A stretch of DNA of 51,076 nucleotides, from contig JBBQZX010000034.1 of the NCBI GenBank assembly GCA_038207335.1, forward strand, positions 1-51,076, written 5' to 3'. Both the position numbers and the translations under genes were made by a program. The stretch comes from Chthoniobacterales bacterium (GTDB taxonomy: Bacteria > Verrucomicrobiota > Verrucomicrobiia > Chthoniobacterales > Chthoniobacteraceae). The stretch's first letter is position 1. Each line of letters starts with the position of its first letter. A model generated the notes under the pieces. It was not told the origin of the DNA. It made no database searches and saw only the letters and a list, made by a program, of their open reading frames with translations. Below, in pieces: positions 8,088 through 15,499 of the stretch.

Positions 8088-9326
8088 CTATTTCACTGCT
8101 TTCCTCACTTCTCCTTCGGCGAGAAACCAAGGAGTTGAAGCTAATCCACCCCAGCCGGACGGATCGTGATTTGCCACGAAGATGCGCCGCAATGTTTCGT
8201 CGTAAGGGATCAGCGCTTGCCACAAGACTCCTGGTGAGTCCTTCCAGAGCGGATCGGCCGGTTCGCCATCCATCCGCTGAAACTTGGCGCCCTCGACCTG
8301 CTGGTTCCACATATAGTCGCGATTCGTCGCGATGAGCCGATCGATGTCTTTCTTCGTGAAAATGATGCCGTGCGCGTAGGCATCGACGATGGCACCGACA
8401 TCGATCCCATAGTACCCGCCGTTGGGATGGACGCCGACCCAATGCTTGGTGCTGCCATCGGGCTTGTAATCCCAAGGACCTGCGGGATTCCAGTAATCCC
8501 AGATGAAGTATTTGCCATCCGCACGGGTCTTCATGCGCCCTTTCATCACGCGAAACCATTTCTCGGCGCGGTCGCGATAGATGGGCTTCTTCGTTACGTC
8601 GTACATCGCGAGCATCCAGTTCGCGATGTGGTTTTCCTTGTTGGCGGGATTGGTAAAGCCGGTGGTCACCCGATCCGCATAGCCGGCGGACCATTGGCCG
8701 GTCTGGCGATCGATGCCAAAGGTGGGCACGATCCAGACTCCGCAGGCATTCGCTTCGCGCCAGCAAGCGCGGGCATCCCATTTCTCGAAGGTCTTATCCG
8801 CGAGTTCGAGATAGCTTCGAGCCTTGGCGCCGTATTTTTCATTCAGAGCGGGATCGTCGCGAATCGTGCCCGCCATGAGGACGATCGGACGGAACATCAT
8901 CGCCTCCCCCAGCAAGCTATCCGCGTCGTAGAGCTTCGATTCACCACCTCCGCCATCGCCCTTCGGCCACCCGATGAAACCGTCCGGCTCTTTCGTGCCG
9001 CGCCGGATGCACGAGTCGGCCCAGTCGATCAATCTCTCGATCCACTTTGGATCGCGCGTGGCGAGGTAACCATAGTAGAAGCCATTGAGAAACGGGCTGA
9101 CCAGCCACCCGAGTTCCTCGCCCGTTTCCTTGTCGCAATAGCGATTGCGAGAGTCGCCGCTAATGTTCTTTTCCCACCGGGCGAGCCAGTCCTTTCCTGT
9201 GGCGCTGTCCTTGAAGGAGGTGGAGCTCTCGGTGCCTTTCGGTGCATCGTCCGCGCACAGCCTCGTTGCAGACTCGCCGCAAATCGCTCCGATCGACATG
9301 CAGGCAAGAAAGCTGCGGCGGTTCAT
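8088..9326 (-). CDS. Tat-exported hypothetical protein, probable alpha/alpha-barrel (glycoside hydrolase/epimerase-like)
   Basis: MNRRSFLAC Tat motif; repeated helical-hairpin motifs YLATRDPKWIERL and MYDVTKKPIYRDRAEK; rich in Trp, Tyr and Asp. Confidence 0.65.
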   Translation of the reverse strand: MNRRSFLACMSIGAICGESATRLCADDAPKGTESSTSFKDSATGKDWLARWEKNISGDSRNRYCDKETGEELGWLVSPFLNGFYYGYLATRDPKWIERLIDWADSCIRRGTKEPDGFIGWPKGDGGGGESKLYDADSLLGEAMMFRPIVLMAGTIRDDPALNEKYGAKARSYLELADKTFEKWDARACWREANACGVWIVPTFGIDRQTGQWSAGYADRVTTGFTNPANKENHIANWMLAMYDVTKKPIYRDRAEKWFRVMKGRMKTRADGKYFIWDYWNPAGPWDYKPDGSTKHWVGVHPNGGYYGIDVGAIVDAYAHGIIFTKKDIDRLIATNRDYMWNQQVEGAKFQRMDGEPADPLWKDSPGVLWQALIPYDETLRRIFVANHDPSGWGGLASTPWFLAEGEVRKAVK

Positions 9327-9493
9327 GGCCGCGAATCTATCGAGGATTCGGGTGCCCCGACCAGCAGTTCATTCCCCTTAGTGAGCGGCGAATGGCTCGC
9401 CATAGCGTTCCGCGCCCTCGGGAAACTTTGCAGGCACAGCAAACTGCACGCCGGCGCTTTCGACAGCAGGGGCGCGGCGCGAAAGGACGCATT

Positions 9494-11140
9494 TCACTTT
9501 GAACCCGCGGCGGCGATGGCTTCGGCGACGGTCTTGGTGCCAGTGGGTTGCTTGTCGTTGAATGGGCCGTCGGCGCTGCCCGCGGGCCAGTCGGCGGAAT
9601 TGGCGTATTGGCCTTCGTCTTTGTAGAGCTTTTGCAGGCGCTCGATCTCGGCTTTCAGCTCGGCGAACTTGGCGGCGACGGCGGGCTGCCTGGCCTCCTT
9701 TTCATCGTAGAGGAGGTTGTGCTGCTCGGTCGGATCCTTGGTGATGTCGAACATCTCGTAGGCGTCCTTTTTCCAGTAATAGATGAGCTTGTGCGTAGCG
9801 GTGCGAACGCCGAGATGCGCGGCGGTGTTGTGGTCGCCCGGATCGTGGTAGTAGCGGTAGTAAATGGAGGTGCGCCAGTCGGCGGGTGATTCGCCGTGGA
9901 GGAGCGGGACGAGCGAGCGGCCCTGCATGGAGGCGGGAATGGGCAGGCCGGCGAGGTCGAGGAAGGTGGGCGCGAGGTCGATATTCGCGACAAATTGCGC
10001 GGGGGTGCTGCCGGCTTTGATTCCGGGACCGCGGACGATGAGCGGGACGCGGAGGCCGGGCTCATACATGAAGCGTTTGTCGTAGAGCCCGAGGTCGCCG
10101 AGATACCAGCCATTGTCGGCGGAGTAGAAGACGATGGTGTTCTTTGCGAGGCCGCTGCGGTCGAGGTAGTCGAGGACTTTGCCGACGGAGTCGTCCACGC
10201 CCTGCACGCAGGCGAGGTAGTCCTGCATGTAACGCTGGTATTTCCACTGGATGAGTTCTTTGCCCGTGAGGGTTTTCTTCGTGCCGTTGGGCTGTGTGAC
10301 TTCGACTTCCATCGGCTTGAATTTGAGCCACTGGGCGAGCGCGGGGCCTTTGAGGTCGGCCGGCGGCTCGAGCTTAAGGTCGCGGCGAGTCAGGTCTTTG
10401 GCGACGGTTTGCTGGTTTTGCGGCAGCGCGGCGGGACGCGTTGCGTAGTCGTCCCAGAGTGTGTCGGATTCGGGGATTACTCTGTCTTTAAAAAGTGCCT
10501 TGTTCCGCTCGTCGGGCTCCCAATCACGATGAGGGGCCTTTTGATGGAGCATGAGGAAGAACGGCTTGTCCTTTGGACGCGTCTCGATCCACTCAATGCC
10601 AAGTTCGCCCGTGATCTCGGTGCAGTGGCCCTGGATGTTGAGTTTGTGCCCGGGGACGAGAAAGACGGGATTCCAATACACGCCCTGGCCGGGCAGGACC
10701 ATCCAGCGGTCGAAGCCCGTGGGATCGGAGCCGAGGTGCCATTTGCCGATGATGCCGGTGTGATAGCCCCCGGCTTGCAGATGTTTCGCCACGTTGTCGC
10801 GCGAGCCGTCGAAGCGGTTGAAGACGGGGACGCCGTTCAGATGGGAGTATTGGCCGGTCAGCAGTGTGGCGCGGCTAGGCGTGCAGATGGAATTGGTGAC
10901 GAACGAATTCGTGAACCGCGCGCCGCCCTCGGCGATACGGTCGATGTTCGGCGTTTTATTGACCTTCGAGCCGTAGGCGGAGATCGCGTGTTGCGCGTGG
11001 TCGTCGGAGAAAATGAAGAGGATGTTCGGCCTTCCCGCCGCCGGCTCCGCGGCCCGCAGGCTCGTGAGCGAAGCCAGGAGAAGGAACGCGGCAATGGGGA
11101 TCAGTTCGCGGAGGCGTGAATGGGGATGGGTTGCTTTCAT
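9494..11140 (-). CDS. Secreted Cys-type (formylglycine-dependent) sulfatase
   Basis: RPNILFIFSDDH, CTPSRATLLTGQYSH, GKWHLG, YSADNG, DKRFMYE; signal peptide. Confidence 0.95.
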   Translation of the reverse strand: MKATHPHSRLRELIPIAAFLLLASLTSLRAAEPAAGRPNILFIFSDDHAQHAISAYGSKVNKTPNIDRIAEGGARFTNSFVTNSICTPSRATLLTGQYSHLNGVPVFNRFDGSRDNVAKHLQAGGYHTGIIGKWHLGSDPTGFDRWMVLPGQGVYWNPVFLVPGHKLNIQGHCTEITGELGIEWIETRPKDKPFFLMLHQKAPHRDWEPDERNKALFKDRVIPESDTLWDDYATRPAALPQNQQTVAKDLTRRDLKLEPPADLKGPALAQWLKFKPMEVEVTQPNGTKKTLTGKELIQWKYQRYMQDYLACVQGVDDSVGKVLDYLDRSGLAKNTIVFYSADNGWYLGDLGLYDKRFMYEPGLRVPLIVRGPGIKAGSTPAQFVANIDLAPTFLDLAGLPIPASMQGRSLVPLLHGESPADWRTSIYYRYYHDPGDHNTAAHLGVRTATHKLIYYWKKDAYEMFDITKDPTEQHNLLYDEKEARQPAVAAKFAELKAEIERLQKLYKDEGQYANSADWPAGSADGPFNDKQPTGTKTVAEAIAAAGSK

Positions 11141-11378
11141 ACGGGTTGGCTGGAGGAGGGAGAGGGCCGAGCGGCGGGTAATGTTCTTCGGGATTTCGAC
11201 GTTCAGCGCAATGCTGGAGCGGGCTCGAGTTCCACCCAGCGCGCATCAACTTTCTGGCCGACGTGGATGGCTCACGGCTGACTTTGCGAGGCAGTGAAAA
11301 TGTGACCTCCGCGCTTCGGCACGCCGGCTTTGGTCCAGTCGAAGATGACCCTCACCGGGGAGAGAATAATGAGAGCGT

Positions 11379-12620
11379 CTACTGCCCCTTCGCCCCATCC
11401 ATCCCATTCGCGGCTGCGGCGATGTAATCCACGATCTTCGCCTGCTGCGCATCGTCCACATGCGCCCGCCGCGACATCGAGCCGACGATGCTTTTCCATC
11501 CGCCCATCGAGCGCGAATCGACCATCTCGAGGTCGTGACACTCTGTGCAGCGGCTCGTGTAAATGCGCCGACCTTCCTCCAATGCGGCGGGCGGCGTGCT
11601 CACTTTCGCCGCCGCTAAAAATGCCGCGGTCACCGGCGGCGAGGTGCGCTCTTCCATCGCGCCTTCCATTTCTTTTTTCAGCGCGCGCAGCCTCAGATCA
11701 TCCACGGCACGCTTCAATCCATGCTCCAGCGCCGAGAGCGCATGCACCGCGCCGCCCGCAAATTTCCGCATCCGATCCGCGGCTTTGAAATCATCCGCGG
11801 CGTCGGCCAAATCTTTGTTAACGCGGGTTTCCAGTGTTTTCAGTTCCGGTCGACCCGGCTCCGCGACCAGCCCGTCGGCGACGATCTTCGACGCCTCCAC
11901 CGCGCGATGCAGCGCCAGCGCCTGACGCCCGCGCCACACCGCGCGATTGGAAATCGTCACGCGTTTTTCAATTTCCGCTCGCGCGAGTTTCGTCGGCGGC
12001 ACGACCGTCCCCGGCACCGATTCGCCGAGGCGATCCACGGCTTCATCGAGCGGCAGCGCGAGGCAGATGTGGCCGAGCTTTTCGAGCTGCACCGCTGTGT
12101 CGCGGAGGCCGCCGAGCACATTGGAAAAAGCCGCGCGCGACGGCTGCGAAACGCGCGCCGCATTCGCCGCTGTCAGAGCGCCGCCGATGCGCGTGGCGAG
12201 AGTCGGCGCGATGGTTTTATACGCCGGGTCCGCCGCCGCGCGGGCGAGGAGTTTCCGCGCTTCATCGACACGCTGATCGCGGAACGCCTCAACCCCGCGA
12301 AGCAGATCATTCCACGCATCCGGGGACGTCGGCTCCAGCGCGTCCGCCGGCAGCGTGACGGCGATGAGCGTGCCGTCCTCTTTGAAAAACGACACGAACA
12401 CTAGCGCCTGCGCGGCGTCATCTTTTAGAACGCTGAACTCTTGTCCCTTCGGCGCTCCGAGAAAATTGTCGCCTTTGAAAAGAAGCGTCTCGCTGCGCGT
12501 GAGCCGCACGAGATCGCCGGCTTCGAACGCGGCGAAAGTCGAGGTTGCCGTCGCGAACAGCGCGGTCGCGACGCAGAGAGTTCGGGAGGTAATCAAGAGG
12601 CGAATCATCGTGAGCACCAT
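11379..12620 (-). CDS. Secreted helical/TPR-like protein with C-terminal c-type cytochrome domain
   Basis: Signal peptide (start 12620 or 12608); C-terminal EEGRRIYTSRCTECHDL...WKSIVGSMSRRA with a single CxxCH and a candidate distal Met. Confidence 0.7.
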   Translation of the reverse strand: MVLTMIRLLITSRTLCVATALFATATSTFAAFEAGDLVRLTRSETLLFKGDNFLGAPKGQEFSVLKDDAAQALVFVSFFKEDGTLIAVTLPADALEPTSPDAWNDLLRGVEAFRDQRVDEARKLLARAAADPAYKTIAPTLATRIGGALTAANAARVSQPSRAAFSNVLGGLRDTAVQLEKLGHICLALPLDEAVDRLGESVPGTVVPPTKLARAEIEKRVTISNRAVWRGRQALALHRAVEASKIVADGLVAEPGRPELKTLETRVNKDLADAADDFKAADRMRKFAGGAVHALSALEHGLKRAVDDLRLRALKKEMEGAMEERTSPPVTAAFLAAAKVSTPPAALEEGRRIYTSRCTECHDLEMVDSRSMGGWKSIVGSMSRRAHVDDAQQAKIVDYIAAAANGMDGAKGQ

Positions 12621-12705
12621 TGCGCGAATTCGCCACACGAGCCAGCGCCAAGCGAACCGCCTGCGCGATTTACTCTCGCGCCGCACCGCCTCATGATCTT
12701 CGCCT

Positions 12706-13500
12706 ATGCACATCCCTCGCCGCATTTTTCTCACCACGCTCCTCCTCGCCGCCGCGCTCCGCACGGTCGCATTTGCCGACATCGGAGTTGGTGCGAAACC
12801 GCTGCCGGGAGCGGAGGTCATCATCGACGGCTCGCGCGCGATGCTGGACGACAAATGGATTTACTGGGAAGGCCCGGGCTTCAAATCCGCGATGCCGATC
12901 AAGTGGAAGATCGTCGATGACCCCGTGGATTCTGGGACCGTGGTGATGACGGACGATCGGGCGGCGGATGGCGGAAAATTTGGCGCCGCAGACATCGTGA
13001 CGAAGAAGGAATATCGCGATTTTCGACTGCACATTGAGTTCCTCGTGATGAAGCCCGGCGGCAATAGCGGCGTCTATTTGCAGAACCGGCACGAGATTCA
13101 AATCCTCGACGGCGACCGCGGAAAACACGGCATGGCCGCGGTGATCAATGAGGCCGAAGCGCCTTTCGACGCCTACAACGGAACCGGCAAGTGGAACGCC
13201 TATGACATCACCTTTCGCGCCGCGCGTTTCACCGACGGAAAGCGCACCGAGAAGGCGCTGGTGACGATTTACTTCAACGGCAAAAAAATCCACACCAACC
13301 AGCCGATCGCGCAAGTCTGGGGCGGACCGAACTCTGGCATCGACGGCGGGAACGACGGCGGAAAAGGAATCACCGACACGCCCGGCGGACTCAAACTCCA
13401 GTGCGAAGGCCACGATGTGCGCTACCGCAATGCGTGGATGAAGCCGCTCGTCATCGAGAAGCCGGACACGGATTTCAAAGAACCAGTTCCGACGAATTGA
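12706..13500 (+). CDS. DUF1080 (3-keto-disaccharide hydrolase/hydratase family) protein
   Basis: DIVTKKEYRDFRLHIEF, GNSGVYLQ, EIQILD, GKWNAYDITF, LKLQCEGHDVRYRNAW; PRRIFL possible Tat signal. Confidence 0.9.
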   Translation: MHIPRRIFLTTLLLAAALRTVAFADIGVGAKPLPGAEVIIDGSRAMLDDKWIYWEGPGFKSAMPIKWKIVDDPVDSGTVVMTDDRAADGGKFGAADIVTKKEYRDFRLHIEFLVMKPGGNSGVYLQNRHEIQILDGDRGKHGMAAVINEAEAPFDAYNGTGKWNAYDITFRAARFTDGKRTEKALVTIYFNGKKIHTNQPIAQVWGGPNSGIDGGNDGGKGITDTPGGLKLQCEGHDVRYRNAWMKPLVIEKPDTDFKEPVPTN

Positions 13501-13514
13501 TGCGGCAAAAAAGG

Positions 13515-13543
13515 TTGCCACGGCTCGGGACGGCACCTATTTT
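13515..13543 (+). promoter_or_regulatory. Putative sigma70 promoter of tRNA-Val
   Basis: TTGCCA-17 bp-TATTTT preceded by an A-tract, about 45 nt upstream of the tRNA. Confidence 0.6.
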
Positions 13544-13586
13544 CCGCGGCTCTTCCGACCGGCCTTCCGGCCCCGGACGACGACCC

Positions 13587-13661
13587 GCGCGGTTAGCTCA
13601 GTGGTAGAGCATTACCTTGACACGGTAGGGGTCGCAGGTTCGAACCCTGCACCGCGCACCA
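13587..13661 (+). tRNA. tRNA-Val (GAC)
   Basis: GCGCGGT/ACCGCGC acceptor stem, D-arm AGCTCAGTGGTAGAGC, anticodon loop TTGACAC, T-loop GGTTCGAACCC, encoded CCA. Confidence 0.97.
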
Positions 13662-14589
13662 TTCGCAGAACCGGCGCAGCTTTGCGACGGGAGGTGATCA
13701 AAATCACGGCGGCGATGATCAGGCCACCCGCGATGAGCACACTTTTCGGCAGCGACTCGCCGAGGATGAATGAGCCGAGTAGCACGGCGATGAAGGGATT
13801 CACGTAGGCGTAGGTCGAGACGCGGGCGGGGGTGCTGACTTGCAAGAGCCAGACGTAGGCGGTGAAGCCGACGAGCGAGCCGATGGCGGTCAGGTAGGCG
13901 AAGGCATACACGGATTTCGCGGTGACTTGCGCGGCGTCGAAGCGTCCGATTTCGCCGCTCACTGCGCCGGCGAACAGGAGCAGCGTGCCGCCCGCGATCA
14001 TCTGCATCGCGACCGTGAGCAGCGCGGAGTCCGGCTTCCGGGCGTGGCGCGAATAGATGGAGCCGAAAGCCCAGCAGAGCGACGCGAAAACCAGAAGCGC
14101 TCCACCTTTCGGATCGACCGCGCGATGTCCGGAAAGATCGTGGCTACCGACGATGAGGCCGACCCCCGCAAATCCAAGAGCGAGCCCCGCGAATACGGAA
14201 CCTCGCGGACGGAGACCGCCGGGTCGCAGCCAGTCGATCAGGTTGATCCACAACGGCGTGGCCGCGATGATGAGCGCGGTCATGTTCGTCGGTACGGTTT
14301 GCTCGGCCCAGCTCACGCCGCCATTTCCCACGAGAAGCAAAAATGCGCCGACAATCGCCGCATCTCTCCAGTGAATCGCACGCGGACGCACCGCGCCGCG
14401 CGCCCGCATGACCGAGTACAGCACGACGCCCGCGATGACGAACCGCCCACCCGACATGAGGAGCGGCGGGAAGGAGTCGATGGCCAGACGAATGCCCAGA
14501 TAGGTCGAGCCCCAGATGAGATACACGGCACCAAAAGCCGAGAGCACGAGCCACGTCGGCGGCGTCTGTTTCGACTCGAGTGTGCTCAT
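13612..14589 (-). CDS. EamA/DMT family transporter (YedA-like)
   Basis: AFGAVYLIWGSTYLGIR, PPLLMSGGRF, GSLVGFTAYVWLL, STYAYVNPFIAVLLG; about 10 hydrophobic segments. Confidence 0.93.
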   Translation of the reverse strand: MSTLESKQTPPTWLVLSAFGAVYLIWGSTYLGIRLAIDSFPPLLMSGGRFVIAGVVLYSVMRARGAVRPRAIHWRDAAIVGAFLLLVGNGGVSWAEQTVPTNMTALIIAATPLWINLIDWLRPGGLRPRGSVFAGLALGFAGVGLIVGSHDLSGHRAVDPKGGALLVFASLCWAFGSIYSRHARKPDSALLTVAMQMIAGGTLLLFAGAVSGEIGRFDAAQVTAKSVYAFAYLTAIGSLVGFTAYVWLLQVSTPARVSTYAYVNPFIAVLLGSFILGESLPKSVLIAGGLIIAAVILITSRRKAAPVLRMVRGAGFEPATPTVSR

Positions 14590-14756
14590 GTCTCGCAGAC
14601 CTCTGGTTGGTCGAAGATTTCGCAGTCCGCAAGTGCGGAGCGGACGGCGAGTTCGAGCGGCAAACCGGCATCGAGATAGATACCGCTCAGGCGCGCGACT
14701 TTGGCGAGTTGAGGCGCCGGGTGCTTTGCGGATTCATTTTCTTCATTGGTTTTCAT
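14586..14756 (-). CDS. Small hypothetical protein (56 aa) translationally coupled to the EamA gene
   Basis: MKTNEENES...DQPEVCET; its stop overlaps the EamA ATG (ATGA); it starts about 40 nt after the terminator hairpin. Confidence 0.5.
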   Translation of the reverse strand: MKTNEENESAKHPAPQLAKVARLSGIYLDAGLPLELAVRSALADCEIFDQPEVCET

Positions 14757-14796
14757 GTGGCTTGGTTGGTTGAGCCGCAAGCCAATGGCGGGAAAC

Positions 14797-14833
14797 AAAA
14801 AGCCCACCGCCTTGGCTGGCGGTGGGCTTTTTT
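14797..14833 (-). terminator. Intrinsic terminator/attenuator hairpin (bidirectional shape)
   Basis: AAAAAGCCCACCGCC-ttggct-GGCGGTGGGCTTTTTT, a perfect stem flanked by A and T tracts, located in the 5' leader of the minus-strand operon. Confidence 0.85.
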
Positions 14834-14857
14834 GAGGACGGACTTTTTTGGGAAAAA

Positions 14858-14968
14858 TCAGCGTCTCGAACCACCGCTTTGGGCCGCTGCCCAAATGGCA
14901 AAACGGACCGGCATCGAGCAATAGCTCGCGGCCTGTCGTTTGGCGTGGGTGTGGGGGTTGAGACTCAT
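14858..14968 (-). CDS. Putative leader peptide (36 aa) MSLNPHTHAKRQAASYCSMPVRFAIWAAAQSGGSRR
   Basis: Short ORF ending about 25 nt before the terminator; its 3' end contains a sequence complementary to the terminator 5' arm. Confidence 0.45.
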   Translation of the reverse strand: MSLNPHTHAKRQAASYCSMPVRFAIWAAAQSGGSRR

Positions 14969-15045
14969 CGGAATCGAAGAGCGAGACGGATAGCTCGCGG
15001 GAAATTGATACGCAAGCGTAATTTCTCGGAGCTCGGACTTTGCGC

Positions 15046-15324
15046 TCAGGAGTCGCTCGCTGCTCGGGTATCGCCCGCCGCACGGCTCCGATTTTTCATC
15101 CGCTCGAGCAGGAGGCTCAGCTCGAAATGGGCGTCGCTTTCATCAGTGTGCGCCACCTCGAGCGGGACGAGCGCGGCAAAGGCGCTCTGATGCACAGGGA
15201 TGAAATCCGAATCGTCATCGAAGGCGAGACCGACGCGCACTTGAAATTGGCGGCTCTTTCCATCGGAGACGCGACGGATTTGAAATTGGAAACGGGCGCC
15301 TGGCGCAATGACGGTGGACAGCAT
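15046..15324 (-). CDS. Hypothetical protein (92 aa)
   Basis: Protein-like composition; fills the gap divergent from the PEP-CTERM gene; no family recognised. Confidence 0.45.
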   Translation of the reverse strand: MLSTVIAPGARFQFQIRRVSDGKSRQFQVRVGLAFDDDSDFIPVHQSAFAALVPLEVAHTDESDAHFELSLLLERMKNRSRAAGDTRAASDS

Positions 15325-15499
15325 GTGAATCGCTGGAGGTTACAGCCAGTTGCGGGCCAAATCCGTAGAGAAAATCTCCTGTGGGTTCTCTAAAATCACA
15401 TTGCGAAGTCATCACTTTGGCGTGATTTCAAAAAGCGGCCCCGGCATTTCCGCCTTCACACTCCCCCAGAATCCAATCCCCAGCCAACCACGCACCACC

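Noticed and set aside
11141..11378. Intergenic region with a short protein-like frame (VRVIFDWTKAGVPKRGGHIF) on the minus strand
   Set aside because: Too short, with no clear start or family; cannot be supported as a pseudogene without a search.
15417..15435. Possible sigma54 promoter TTGGCGTG upstream of the PEP-CTERM gene
   Set aside because: No TTGC-like -12 element at the required spacing.
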